DNA of 64,000 nt from Oceanispirochaeta sp. (GCA_963666275.2 CAXXOA010000001.1:384001-448000), one strand, 5' to 3'; numbered from the stretch's first letter, positions 1-9,719 are shown. Program-made: numbers and translations. The notes: a model not told the origin generated them from the letters alone.

Positions 1-985
1 GGGACCAGCCGTCTGCATTTCCCCGGTTCAGGGGGATCTCGCCCTGCCGGATCAGCTCTTCCATCAGAGGGATGTCTCCCTCCAGAGCGGCCAGATGGAG
101 GGCTGTTTCCTTCGCCTTTCCGGAAACAGGAATATCTTCGGCTCCCAGGGCTTCCAGATCTTCCCGCCAGTCTTCCTGATCCGCCATATAGAGGGGAGGC
201 TGCAGATAGTTATTGGGCCGGTTGATATCTCCTCCCTGGTTCTGAACAATCCGGATCAGCTCCAGGGGAGCATGATTTTTCACCGCATAGTGCAGGGGAG
301 TGTTCCCCGAAGAATCTTCCCGGTTGGGGTCAGCTCCGGCGCCAAGGAGCGCCTCCAGGGTCTCCGGATCGTCCCTGTCATCTTCAAAAAACAGATGGAG
401 GGCCGTCTGGTTAAGGGAATTGACGGGGATATTGACATCTGCTCCCAGCCGGACCAGTTCTCCCAGAGCCTTCCCTGAACCGAACTGTACTGCCGTGAGA
501 ACATAGTACTCTCTTCTGGTTAAGTAATCCGTATAGTCTGGATTGGCCCCGTGGACTATAAGATTCTCAATGACTTCCGGTTTATCAGCCCCCACTGCCG
601 CATTCAGAGCGGCCCCCAGTTCGGGTGAGTCAAAGGATTTCTCACTCAGAGACTTTTCCAGCCTTTCCACCATCCCTTCCTGAGCGTACATCATGAGGTT
701 GTCCCTGTCCCGGCTGTGGCTGTCGAAGTTTGCTGCAATGCTGGCCACTCCACTGATCATAAAGATTCCCAGTGGCGCTATGATCAGCCAGATTCTGTAG
801 GGATTATCCGATTTCGCTGCCGAATAGTAGACCCCCAGTACCATAAAAAAGAGGCTCCCCAGCCAGGCCAGTCCCGCATCCTGATCAAAGGCATGGATCC
901 GCTCAAAAGCCAGACGGAGGGCTATCACCGTATAGGCAAGTTCAAAGATAAGGAGAAACAGGGGGAAGGGTTTTTTCTGCGCCAT
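1..985 (-). CDS. 3-TM-anchored ankyrin-repeat protein (3' end runs off the window)
   Basis: Not in the ORF track. My manual translation from ATG 985 is open to the window edge: MAQKKPFPLFLLIFELAYTVIAL...DQDA..., then ankyrin motifs LGAGADPNREDSSGNTPLHYAV and KETALHLAALEGD. Confidence 0.85.
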   Translation of the reverse strand, partial: MAQKKPFPLFLLIFELAYTVIALRLAFERIHAFDQDAGLAWLGSLFFMVLGVYYSAAKSDNPYRIWLIIAPLGIFMISGVASIAANFDSHSRDRDNLMMYAQEGMVERLEKSLSEKSFDSPELGAALNAAVGADKPEVIENLIVHGANPDYTDYLTRREYYVLTAVQFGSGKALGELVRLGADVNIPVNSLNQTALHLFFEDDRDDPETLEALLGAGADPNREDSSGNTPLHYAVKNHAPLELIRIVQNQGGDINRPNNYLQPPLYMADQEDWREDLEALGAEDIPVSGKAKETALHLAALEGDIPLMEELIRQGEIPLNRGNADGWS

Positions 986-1170
986 GGAAGATCCTTTTTG
1001 TTTATGTCTATCTGTTTTTAATCAGAAGTGAGTATTGAAGAATACGCTCTATTTGTAAACCCCTGTTTGGAGATCTTTATTTTCCGGCGAGACTGATTGC
1101 TTTTAATTTTTGAAGAGAGAGATGATTTTTTTCAGTTAGGTTTTCTATGAAAAGAAAGAATGAAAACTGT

Positions 1171-1200
1171 AAACAACACCCCTCTCCCTCTGGGAGAGGG
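1171..1200. repeat. REP-like hairpin CCCTCTCCC-tct-GGGAGAGGG, copy 1
   Basis: Perfect 9-bp inverted repeat at 1180-1188/1192-1200. Bases 1171-1190 match 3506-3525 at 18 of 20 positions. Confidence 0.6.
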
Positions 1201-1318
1201 AGGAGTCTCCTGTAAAACAGAAACATCCCCCTTCCCTGAACCGAAAAATCTTCACCAAGTTGACAGAGCAATAGGGATGTGCTTGTATACTAATAATCCA
1301 TAAAAAAGGAATTCTCAC

Positions 1319-1594
1319 ATGAAAAACTTCAAGCATTACCTTTTTCTCTGCTTTATTACCCTGGTTACAGAAGGCTATTTACTTCATGAAGCTTTTTACG
1401 CCCACCGGGCCCGGGAAAAGGATGCCTTTGCCATTATTATTCCTGCGATTTTTATTGTCTGGATTATTTTCGGTTACTTTTCCCGGAAATACTTCCGGAT
1501 TCCCTGGAAGATCTTCATCCCTCTGTTTGCGATCGGGGCGGGGATTTTGATCTGGATTCGGCTGGCTTTTCTACAGCCCGGCTGGATCATCTAA
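1319..1594 (+). CDS. Small 3-TM membrane protein, probable stand-alone homolog of the ankyrin-protein anchor
   Basis: 91 aa, three hydrophobic segments, AAAGGA RBS upstream. Pattern AFxxxxAxxxDA...GYFSxKxxxxPWKI resembles the anchor of the 1..985 protein. Confidence 0.7.
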   Translation: MKNFKHYLFLCFITLVTEGYLLHEAFYAHRAREKDAFAIIIPAIFIVWIIFGYFSRKYFRIPWKIFIPLFAIGAGILIWIRLAFLQPGWII

Positions 1595-1631
1595 TCTCTT
1601 TTTATACATCATTATCTCAGGAGAACCATTT

Positions 1632-3497
1632 ATGACCCATGAAAAAGCAAACCCGAAGAGTCATCCCCGAAACCTTGCTCTGGCCTGGCTCGCCCATATC
1701 GGAGTCAATGCGTATTCCTTTGTCAGGTGCCTGGAATACTTAAGGGAAGGGAATGAGCAGGTTTTACATATACAGCTCCTGGGAATCTGGCTTTTCGGTG
1801 TGATTGGAGCTTTTACAATAAAGATAGGTCATAATTTCCGGGCCCGACTCATATTTTTTCTTTTTTCCTTCCTGGCGCCCATGATCTTCGGGGGAATGTT
1901 TGTGGTTGAATCAATACAGGCATCCCTGGAACCGCAAGCCCAGCTGAGACGGGTGATAGAAGAGGGAAAAAATGAGCAGCTTGAAGATCTTCTCCATAAG
2001 GGAATAATGAAACAAAACGAGATTCAGTACTCTTTGCTTACAGCTATCAGGTGTGATAATACCGATGCCCTGGCGCTGCTGGCAGGGCAGGGAGCTGATG
2101 TGAATCTTGCTGTGGGTGGGGTTAATCTTCCCCTGAACCGAGCCGTTGAAGAGAATGTGCCCCGGGTGGTTCAGACCCTGCTGGATCTGGGAGCGGATAT
2201 AAACGGCTCGGATATCCATGGGCAGACTCCACTCCATACGGCCGTGAAAGAAAGAAAACGATCTCTGCTCGGGCAGTTGCTGGAAGCCGGCGCCGACCCC
2301 AATGCTTTTGACAACAGAGGATATCCCCCGGCAAATTATACAGACGAAGAAGAGATCCTGAAGATTCTGGCCGATGCGGGGGGCCGGAGGGTGGAGATGA
2401 TTGATCCCCGGGAAGGGATAACCAGTCTTCATGCCGCCGTGAAGGCCGATGACAGGGACCTGGTAAAAGAGATCCTGACAGAGGGGTTTCCTCCGGTGGA
2501 TGTGGTGGATGCGCAGGATCGAACTCCTCTTATGTATGCGGCCCGGGAGGGGCTGACCGATATGGTACGAATCCTTCTGGACGGGGGAGCAGACGTCAAT
2601 GCTGAAACCCCGCAGGGGAGCAGTGCCCTTTTTGCCGCTGCCTATTCGGGATCCGCCAATGTATGCCGCCTCCTTCTTGACCGGGGGGCTGATCTTTCGG
2701 TTTTTACAGAAGGCTATTCTCCTCTGAATATTGCCGTTGAAAACGGGCATTCCTCCCTTTTTACGCTTTTTCTGGAACAGGGTTTTGCCATTGCGGATGA
2801 AACAATAGAACTGGCCTATGAAAATGAGAACCTGGCCTTAAGGAAGCTGGTTCTGGAGGGGGCTATTCAGAGTCAGGAGTTTGATCTTAACAGTCTTATC
2901 TTTCCGGCTCTAAAGAATGGGGATCTTACGACCCTGTTCCATCTGGCAGAGAAGGGGGTAGACTTTAATACCAGAGGATCCCATGGATTGACTGCCGCTC
3001 ATTATCTTTTTGCAGACAGTTCCTCCGATCCCCGTTTGATCCGGTTTATCCTGGAACAACAGACAGATCTTACAGTTCAGGACTATCAATCCTATACTCC
3101 TCTGGATTATGCTGTTATGAATGATAATCTGTCCGGTTTTAATACACTCTGGTCATTTATCGGGGAAGAGATCTCCCCGGAACAGCTGAATCTCACTTTT
3201 CTCCATTCCGTGGAATTCGCTTCTCCCGCAACTATGGCACGCCTCCTGACTCTGGGGGCGGATATCCATTTTGTGGAAACCGGTTCTACAGATCCAGTTC
3301 TGTTTCATCTGCCCGATTATTTTGATGGGATAGAAGTGGCTGTGGAAAGAGAAAAAGCTCTTGATGATCTGGAGCAGTGTATAGCCATCCTGGTTCAGGC
3401 CGGTGCCGATCCTGATGAGTCGATTGACAACTGGACCCTTGAGGATCAGTACGGAGAGGATAGTTCCGTTATGAATATTATAAGGTCATACAGATAA
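1632..3497 (+). CDS. 3-TM-anchored ankyrin-repeat protein
   Basis: Three N-terminal hydrophobic helices, then many ankyrin repeats (GQTPLHTAV, DRTPLMYAAREG, GYSPLNIAVENG). AGGAG RBS. Confidence 0.9.
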   Translation: MTHEKANPKSHPRNLALAWLAHIGVNAYSFVRCLEYLREGNEQVLHIQLLGIWLFGVIGAFTIKIGHNFRARLIFFLFSFLAPMIFGGMFVVESIQASLEPQAQLRRVIEEGKNEQLEDLLHKGIMKQNEIQYSLLTAIRCDNTDALALLAGQGADVNLAVGGVNLPLNRAVEENVPRVVQTLLDLGADINGSDIHGQTPLHTAVKERKRSLLGQLLEAGADPNAFDNRGYPPANYTDEEEILKILADAGGRRVEMIDPREGITSLHAAVKADDRDLVKEILTEGFPPVDVVDAQDRTPLMYAAREGLTDMVRILLDGGADVNAETPQGSSALFAAAYSGSANVCRLLLDRGADLSVFTEGYSPLNIAVENGHSSLFTLFLEQGFAIADETIELAYENENLALRKLVLEGAIQSQEFDLNSLIFPALKNGDLTTLFHLAEKGVDFNTRGSHGLTAAHYLFADSSSDPRLIRFILEQQTDLTVQDYQSYTPLDYAVMNDNLSGFNTLWSFIGEEISPEQLNLTFLHSVEFASPATMARLLTLGADIHFVETGSTDPVLFHLPDYFDGIEVAVEREKALDDLEQCIAILVQAGADPDESIDNWTLEDQYGEDSSVMNIIRSYR

Positions 3498-3505
3498 AGA
3501 TTATG

Positions 3506-3553
3506 AAACAACAAACCTCTCCCTCCTTCGACTCCGCTCAGGAACCGGAGAGG
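3506..3553. repeat. REP-like hairpin, copy 2, between convergent genes
   Basis: CCTCTCC (3516-3522) pairs with GGAGAGG (3547-3553) and encloses CTTCGACTCCGCTCAG. The left flank repeats 1171-1190. Confidence 0.55.
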
Positions 3554-3578
3554 GGCTAAAAACCTGAAACCCTTTCTC

Positions 3579-4208
3579 TTATGGGGTTAATTCTACTGCA
3601 AAATCATCGGGTGCCATGAAAAGCAGGATAATGGGAATCTCTATGACCATGGAGGAACCATAGATGTTTACGAGGATCTGGTCTGTTTCCTCCATGCCGG
3701 AAGAATCAGAATCGACTTTCACTCCCGCCTTTTTCATGTCTTTCAGGTCGCCGCTGAGATCAATGAGCAGCGTGTATTTTGCTCCCGACATAAAGGCCAA
3801 AGCCGTTTCATCGGTTTCTTCCTCATCACTGAGAGAGGGGATGACGATCTCATAGCCTTTTTCTGTTTTCACAGGCAGAAAGTAGGTCGTTTCAAGCCCG
3901 GAAGTGATATCACTGACTTTTCCGGAGACTTTGATTTCCGCCCCGATATGGTAGGGCGTATTCACAGGGCTTACGCTCGCATACAGCTCGTTGTATTCCC
4001 CGAAGATTTCGTCTCCGATCTCATCAAATTCGGAGTAGTCCATCTCCTCTCCGGAAAAAGAGCCGATCATGTCCATCATCGCTTTCTGCATTGTGTAGCG
4101 AACTGTTACATCCGCTTTGCCCTTATGGAGAGAGACTGTATGGAAAATATCAAGGCAGCTTGTCAGTAACAGGGTGAATGCACAGAGTGCTATTAGTTTG
4201 AATTTCAT
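3579..4208 (-). CDS. Hypothetical lipoprotein
   Basis: MKFKLIALCAFTLLLTSC lipobox, acidic 209-aa protein, AAGGA RBS. Confidence 0.75.
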   Translation of the reverse strand: MKFKLIALCAFTLLLTSCLDIFHTVSLHKGKADVTVRYTMQKAMMDMIGSFSGEEMDYSEFDEIGDEIFGEYNELYASVSPVNTPYHIGAEIKVSGKVSDITSGLETTYFLPVKTEKGYEIVIPSLSDEEETDETALAFMSGAKYTLLIDLSGDLKDMKKAGVKVDSDSSGMEETDQILVNIYGSSMVIEIPIILLFMAPDDFAVELTP

Positions 4209-4384
4209 TTTGTTTCCTTAATAGGGAGAGATCGTTATACCCTATTATACAGAGTTCTCCCTGTTTCTGTCAGTTCATAAAACTTATCTATGAAATTAAC
4301 GTTCTCTTGTCAGGCTGAGTAAACAGGTATCTGCCGGAAAGGGGTTTTACACGGTTAATTGAGGAGTTTCGGTTCTGAGAATTG

Positions 4385-5062
4385 TCAAAGTGTGGAGATT
4401 CTCCTTTTCATTCTCCTGTAAGGAGATGAAATTCCTTCCTTTTTCCAGGACAGATACCCTCTGACAGCCAGAATCAGAAGGATTACATAGAGGAGAGAAA
4501 GGAATTTCACCTCTTTAATCCAGTAAAGGCCGATGGCAATCACATCCACCACAATCCATATGAGCCAGCTTTCAGTCCGTTTGCGGGCCAGCAGATACAT
4601 GGCGGCAAAACTGGCCACTGTGGTGAACGCATCCAGGTAAGGAAAGTCGGCGGCCAGAGGGAAGAGGGCCGGAAGAAAAAGGTGGATCCGGGCCATGAGA
4701 AAACCGCCGGTCCCCGACAGGAGAGCTATGGCCCCCAGCCAGAGCAGGTTATTCAGGCGGGTACCTCTTCTGACAGCGATCTCTCTGGTGTCTCTTCGCT
4801 CCCGACTCCAGTACCACCAGCCGTAGGTGCTGGCTCCCAGGTAGTAGATCTGTTCCAGGCAGTCCGAATAGAGCTGGATCTGATAAAAGAGCATACCGTA
4901 GAGGATCACCGAGGCTATTCCCACGGGCCAGTTGAGCATTCTTTTCTGCGAAATGAGCCACACCGACCAAAGGTAAAGAATCGTACCCACGAATTCGATA
5001 TAGCTCATGGGGTACCCCAAAAAGGTGAAAAATATACTGTCTATGGAAAAGAAATTTACCAT
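4385..5062 (-). CDS. pnuC: Nicotinamide riboside transporter, PnuC family
   Basis: Multi-TM protein with PnuC motifs (NWPVGI, YGWWYW, PYLDAFTT, ESWLIWIVVD). Overlaps the nadR-like gene. Confidence 0.92.
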   Translation of the reverse strand: MVNFFSIDSIFFTFLGYPMSYIEFVGTILYLWSVWLISQKRMLNWPVGIASVILYGMLFYQIQLYSDCLEQIYYLGASTYGWWYWSRERRDTREIAVRRGTRLNNLLWLGAIALLSGTGGFLMARIHLFLPALFPLAADFPYLDAFTTVASFAAMYLLARKRTESWLIWIVVDVIAIGLYWIKEVKFLSLLYVILLILAVRGYLSWKKEGISSPYRRMKRRISTL

Positions 5063-6051
5063 GTGCGATTCTCCTTGTAATGATTCAGTTCCCGGGCAAC
5101 CCGGTCCATCCTTTCGTTCAGACTGCCTTCCAGAAGGACATAGGGGATTTCTCTCCTATCCAGATCCCGGCGAAACCTCCTTTGGAACAGGCTCCTATGG
5201 ACTTCTCCGGAACGGTCCTCCGTATCGTCATAGGGAATATCGTCGCCGCAGAGAAAATGAAGGTCGTATCGGTCCCGGCAGTCATCGGCCAGAAGCTCCA
5301 GTTCCTTTACAGCCGATCCATGATAATCCAGAGCGAAATGATAGGTAGACAGGGCTCCCGTGTCAACAAAGAAGTAATCCCCCCCTATATAGGCCTTTTC
5401 TACTTCCTTTTTCCGGTGAATCAGAGCTAATTCCAGGAGCTGTTCACCGGTCAGACGACGATTCCTCTGGTGCTTTTCCCAATATTCCCGGCCGTACTCG
5501 GCCATCCAGGGGCAGGCATATTTTTCTGCCAGGGCTCGGGCCAGGGTCGTTTTGCCCGTGCCGGGGGCTCCGTGAAATACGGCTTTGATTATATGGTCAA
5601 AGTAGACCGGCGGGGGTAAGAATTCCCGAAATGCCGGGGGATTTTCCCGTATCATGGTTCCCGAAACAGGGATGTGGATTCTCCGGGGATCAACTTGGCG
5701 GTTTCGGCACTTAAGGGCGCGGCTCATGTGTTCCCCGTAGGGTTCGGAGGAGTAGAAACTGTGAATAGGAGTACCCTTGAGAACTTTAAGAACGTACTCT
5801 TCCTGACATTTCATTATCTCCGGTGAGTAGCCCGTCTCCTCCGGTCCGTCCGGGGCCGTAATTGGCTCAACCCGATGGGGGAAGCACTCCCTAATCCAGG
5901 CCGCCCTTTTATTAAGCGGTATGGATGTAAGACGGCTTTGGTAGATAATCACCTTAACCAGGTCCATCTCTCTAAGGGCCGTTTCGATGACATGGGCATG
6001 GCCCCGATGGAAGGGAGCGTATTTACCCAGGCATAATCCGATTTTTCTCAT
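5056..6051 (-). CDS. nadR: NadR-type NMN adenylyltransferase / nicotinamide riboside kinase, without an HTH domain
   Basis: N-terminal GKYAPFHRGH (HxGH nucleotidyltransferase) and VSGT motifs. C-terminal P-loop GAPGTGKTT and EYGREY. Adjacent to pnuC. Confidence 0.88.
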   Translation of the reverse strand: MRKIGLCLGKYAPFHRGHAHVIETALREMDLVKVIIYQSRLTSIPLNKRAAWIRECFPHRVEPITAPDGPEETGYSPEIMKCQEEYVLKVLKGTPIHSFYSSEPYGEHMSRALKCRNRQVDPRRIHIPVSGTMIRENPPAFREFLPPPVYFDHIIKAVFHGAPGTGKTTLARALAEKYACPWMAEYGREYWEKHQRNRRLTGEQLLELALIHRKKEVEKAYIGGDYFFVDTGALSTYHFALDYHGSAVKELELLADDCRDRYDLHFLCGDDIPYDDTEDRSGEVHRSLFQRRFRRDLDRREIPYVLLEGSLNERMDRVARELNHYKENRTW

Positions 6052-7403
6052 AGACTGTCGGGGACCTCCGTTTGGAAGGTTATGATTTTCCTATCCTCAT
6101 CCAGGCCGATGTTATCGCCCATCTTAAGGGGGAGGTTTTCGGCTCCGTACCTCTTGAGTACATTCGTGAGAGAGGTGAGAACTTCCTCTTCCTTTCCCGT
6201 GTTTACGGGCAGACCTACTTCCAGTGAGTAATCAGCCCTCTGCACTATTTTATAGGCCGGGAGGGCCAGGGGCGCCAGGGCGCGGGAAAAATCCACCGTA
6301 TTGATCCACCTCCCTTGGGGCAGGGAAAAACGTACCGGCTTTCGGCCCTGGAAATCTATCAGATATAACCTGTCTTCTTCTCTTTCAAACCGGCAGAAAT
6401 CACCCGTTCGGTAGCGGATAAGGGGTAGGTAGGGATTATTGCCCCCGCTCAGGGCCAGCTCTCCCCACTCTCCGTCGGGAAGGGAGCGGTCCTCTTCAGG
6501 ATCGAGGACCTCCAGATAAAGGTCGGGGCGCATGGATTGGGTCATCCCTTTTCTTGTCCAGGCGATGTTACGGCACTCGGTCATGGAATAGACGTCAAAC
6601 AGGGGGCACTGAAAGTGGGCTTCCAGCCTATCGGCCAGTCCGGAAGAGAGGGCCATCGCACTGGAGATCATGGCGTGGGGTCTCAGGGGGATTCCCCTTT
6701 CCATCAGGGCGGCGAAGGCCAGGGGATCCCCGGTCAGCAGGGAGGGATTGAGCTCTGTCAGATACTCCCTGCAGTCATGCGGATCTCTCCACTGGCCGGG
6801 ATGGAGGTTGATCTTTATAAAACCGGCCCCGTCCAGATAGGACGAGACAGAGGCGTATGTCAGTGTTTCCAGCTGGCTGCAGATCAGGGCTATGGCTGTT
6901 GTGCCCGGACCTCTTGCCAGGCTAATCCCTTCGGTTGAGAGCATTTTTTCTACCTGCGGCAGCCAGGAGGAGGCTTCTTCCGGTCCGAAGATCACATCCA
7001 GCGGGGCTCCCGTTGTTCCCGAGGTGGCGTAGCAGAGGATATCATCGAGGGGGGCACTGTCTCTCACAAAGTTCCAAGGCGCCCTTCGCAGGTCCTCCCG
7101 GGTAAAGGAGGGGGCTCGGGAGAAATCCGCCGGATAATCCCGGTAAGCGGGAACGTCGGAAAGGACATCTTGGTAGAACCCTTCTATGAAGTCTTCCGTA
7201 GCAAAATCCCCCCTACCGTCCATATAGTTTCTGTAGGCATTCAGGTTTTCAAGATGTTTCCCGGTCAGCCGGTCTCCGGACTTGAAATTGTACAGGGGAG
7301 AGTTGGGATGCTGGCGCAGAGCGTTAAGCCAGTTTAGATTTTCAGCGGCGGGGAACCGTTCCTCATCGGTGAGAACCGGCATAATCTCTTTACTCTCTGC
7401 CAT
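6048..7403 (-). CDS. Adenylate-forming enzyme, phenylacetate-CoA ligase / CapK-like (ANL superfamily)
   Basis: Motifs ATSGTTG, YSMTE, RYRTGD and GRK. Confidence 0.85.
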   Translation of the reverse strand: MAESKEIMPVLTDEERFPAAENLNWLNALRQHPNSPLYNFKSGDRLTGKHLENLNAYRNYMDGRGDFATEDFIEGFYQDVLSDVPAYRDYPADFSRAPSFTREDLRRAPWNFVRDSAPLDDILCYATSGTTGAPLDVIFGPEEASSWLPQVEKMLSTEGISLARGPGTTAIALICSQLETLTYASVSSYLDGAGFIKINLHPGQWRDPHDCREYLTELNPSLLTGDPLAFAALMERGIPLRPHAMISSAMALSSGLADRLEAHFQCPLFDVYSMTECRNIAWTRKGMTQSMRPDLYLEVLDPEEDRSLPDGEWGELALSGGNNPYLPLIRYRTGDFCRFEREEDRLYLIDFQGRKPVRFSLPQGRWINTVDFSRALAPLALPAYKIVQRADYSLEVGLPVNTGKEEEVLTSLTNVLKRYGAENLPLKMGDNIGLDEDRKIITFQTEVPDSL

Positions 7404-7974
7404 AGGTATTAGCCGCTTCCCGGGCTCTCTTTTCCCGCATCTTCCTTTTTATTTCCTCCGCCCGGCTGTGGGCCTGGCGGCTCTGTTCTTCCAGTTCGGC
7501 GCGATAGAGAGTATCCAGGGCCTTCAGCCTGTCTTCCCCTTCACTGGGCGTTTCTCCCCGGGGGAATAGACCGCACCAGTGAAGGGCCAGGCGGCACAGC
7601 TCTTCCCTGCGGGCCGGGTTTCCGATCATCTGGGGAGGAGAGACAAGGCGGACTAACCTGTTCATATGATCGTACCCCCGGGAAAACCCCGGGCCCAGTA
7701 CTTCTTTTCCGTGAAACCAGGGGTGGGAGTAGAGATAGGCCAGAACCTGCAGCCCCTGCCAGTGCCCGATCTCCCAGTTTTCCCAGCGTTCTTCCAGCCG
7801 GGATGCCAGTTCCCCGGGTATTTTCACTTCCTGGAAAATAAAGAGATCCTTCACAATCGCCAGGCTGTGAACCTTGGACCGGGAGTGGGAAGGAAAGGGG
7901 AGAGGGGATTCCAGAAACAGAGACGGGCACTCGCTGAGGTAATTCAGCAGCTCTTCAAGGGGCGGGCTGTTCAT
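7390..7974 (-). CDS. Hypothetical helical protein with a C-terminal coiled coil (MoxR operon)
   Basis: 194-aa ORF overlapping both neighbours, with GGAGG RBS and a charged tail ending YGRE. Confidence 0.75.
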   Translation of the reverse strand: MNSPPLEELLNYLSECPSLFLESPLPFPSHSRSKVHSLAIVKDLFIFQEVKIPGELASRLEERWENWEIGHWQGLQVLAYLYSHPWFHGKEVLGPGFSRGYDHMNRLVRLVSPPQMIGNPARREELCRLALHWCGLFPRGETPSEGEDRLKALDTLYRAELEEQSRQAHSRAEEIKRKMREKRAREAANTYGRE

Positions 7975-9719
7975 CCTTTTCCTCCAAATTTCCCGGCGGC
8001 AAATTTTTTCGCGAACCGGGAAAGCTCTTCGTCATTGGACACATAGTGAATCGTCCATCCCTCTTTTCGCAAAATATCCGCCTCCTTTTTATGATACTCC
8101 GGCCGGGAATAGAGGACCAGTGACCCGCCGCCTCCGCAATTCTCCAAAGCCTTCCTGGCTACATCCCAGGTTTTCTCTCCCTCTCCATTCCAACCTCCTC
8201 CCAGCATGGCAAAAATATCATCATCGGTAAGGAGAAGGATATGGGTCTTGCTTTTGCGGAGGCGGGAGAAGTCCGTTCGCAGCCGGGGGATGCCAAAGGC
8301 GTATCCGGTCCCGAGATAGGATACAAGGACATCCATTATTTTACGGGGATCCCGTACAAAGCCCTCCGTTTCCATGAAAGAGCCCGGTTCACCCGAAAGG
8401 GTTACTTTCACACGGGCTCCCCCACGCAGGGCGGATTGGGCGATGATGGTCCCCGCCAATACAGGCCAGCTGAAATTAATGGCCGGATTACCCATAGAAC
8501 CGGAACAGTCTATTCCTATGTAAAGATCCAGGGGGGTGTCGGCCAGGGTATCCCCTTCATCAGGGGCAAAGACACGCTTTACCGTGGTCATCCCGGGAAT
8601 AATTTCGGGGCTTCTTATGAGGGAACCGAACCAGTCTATTTCCCCCGGATTATCTCCCAGGTCCCACGACTCGAGCCCTTCGGGAATGACCCCTTCGGTC
8701 TGGGGAACCTTCTCTTTGGGGAAGGGTATGAGATAGGGGGCGGATATTTGCTTATAGTACCGGGCCAGAGCTTTGTTTATATCCAATCCCGCCGGGTCTA
8801 GCTGCCGTAAATAGTCCAGATAGTCCCGGGGAGATTTGTATCTCTGCCGGGGCCCTTCCCCTCTGGGGGACCTGTCGGGAATCCTATCGGCCGAATTTAT
8901 CCCGTCCCGATCCCTCAGGGGCTCATCGTCAATGTCTTCCGGGGGGGCTTCCAAGTCTGCCCCGACTCCGGAACAGCCTTCGGAAGCTTTCAAGGCATCC
9001 ATTATGAGAGTCCAGGTTTCGGCTTTACCCTCCTCCTCCCACAGATAGGGGTAAAATAGAATTGCATAGGAGTAGGCCCCTTCCAGCCAATCCCCCGAGT
9101 AGGAGCGTATAATATGAGCCCCCATTTCGCTATCCCTTTCCATCTGTTCCCCCCTGTCTTTACTGGGGCGGACTTGGGTCAGCTCCCCGGGCTGGAGGGA
9201 GTAGAGCTTCTCGTAAATGCCCAGATAAAGGTTCCAGACGGGGGAGGAATTAGCTCTTTTATCCCTTTTCTGAATCTTTTTGTAGATATCATCCATGCGA
9301 AGGCCCCGGCGGCTCTGGAGATGGTAGTTTATCAGATGATCGGCAAAGAGATTCATAATTCGGGGGGCATGCTCCTCCTTTTCGGTCAAGGCTTTTCTGA
9401 CCAGGGTGAGCATGCGCCCGTTATCGGTGAGATTGGCCGGCACATAAACGTGGTGGCCAATCTCATGGGCCAGTATCTCCAGGGCATAGTCGTCCAGGCC
9501 GTACTGCTTTATGAGCGAGCCATCCAGGACAATGCGGTGATCCTTGAGCCTGATCATGGCAAAGCTGCCCTCCAGTCCCTGTTCCTTCGCTTCCTCCCGG
9601 GAAAAGCACCAGTGGGGAGGACGCATCATTACCAAGTGGCTCCACTGCCCCAGGGCTTCTTCCCATCGGTCGTCCCACATGCTGCGCATTTCATCCATCA
9701 GTGTATCACTTCTACCCAC
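7971..9719 (-). CDS. HEXXH metallopeptidase-like domain fused to a C-terminal vWA domain
   Basis: ILAHEIGHH zinc motif, acidic Pro-rich linker, and vWA MIDAS motif YIGIDCSGSM with a downstream LLLTDDD strand. Confidence 0.85.
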   Translation of the reverse strand: MGRSDTLMDEMRSMWDDRWEEALGQWSHLVMMRPPHWCFSREEAKEQGLEGSFAMIRLKDHRIVLDGSLIKQYGLDDYALEILAHEIGHHVYVPANLTDNGRMLTLVRKALTEKEEHAPRIMNLFADHLINYHLQSRRGLRMDDIYKKIQKRDKRANSSPVWNLYLGIYEKLYSLQPGELTQVRPSKDRGEQMERDSEMGAHIIRSYSGDWLEGAYSYAILFYPYLWEEEGKAETWTLIMDALKASEGCSGVGADLEAPPEDIDDEPLRDRDGINSADRIPDRSPRGEGPRQRYKSPRDYLDYLRQLDPAGLDINKALARYYKQISAPYLIPFPKEKVPQTEGVIPEGLESWDLGDNPGEIDWFGSLIRSPEIIPGMTTVKRVFAPDEGDTLADTPLDLYIGIDCSGSMGNPAINFSWPVLAGTIIAQSALRGGARVKVTLSGEPGSFMETEGFVRDPRKIMDVLVSYLGTGYAFGIPRLRTDFSRLRKSKTHILLLTDDDIFAMLGGGWNGEGEKTWDVARKALENCGGGGSLVLYSRPEYHKKEADILRKEGWTIHYVSNDEELSRFAKKFAAGKFGGKG

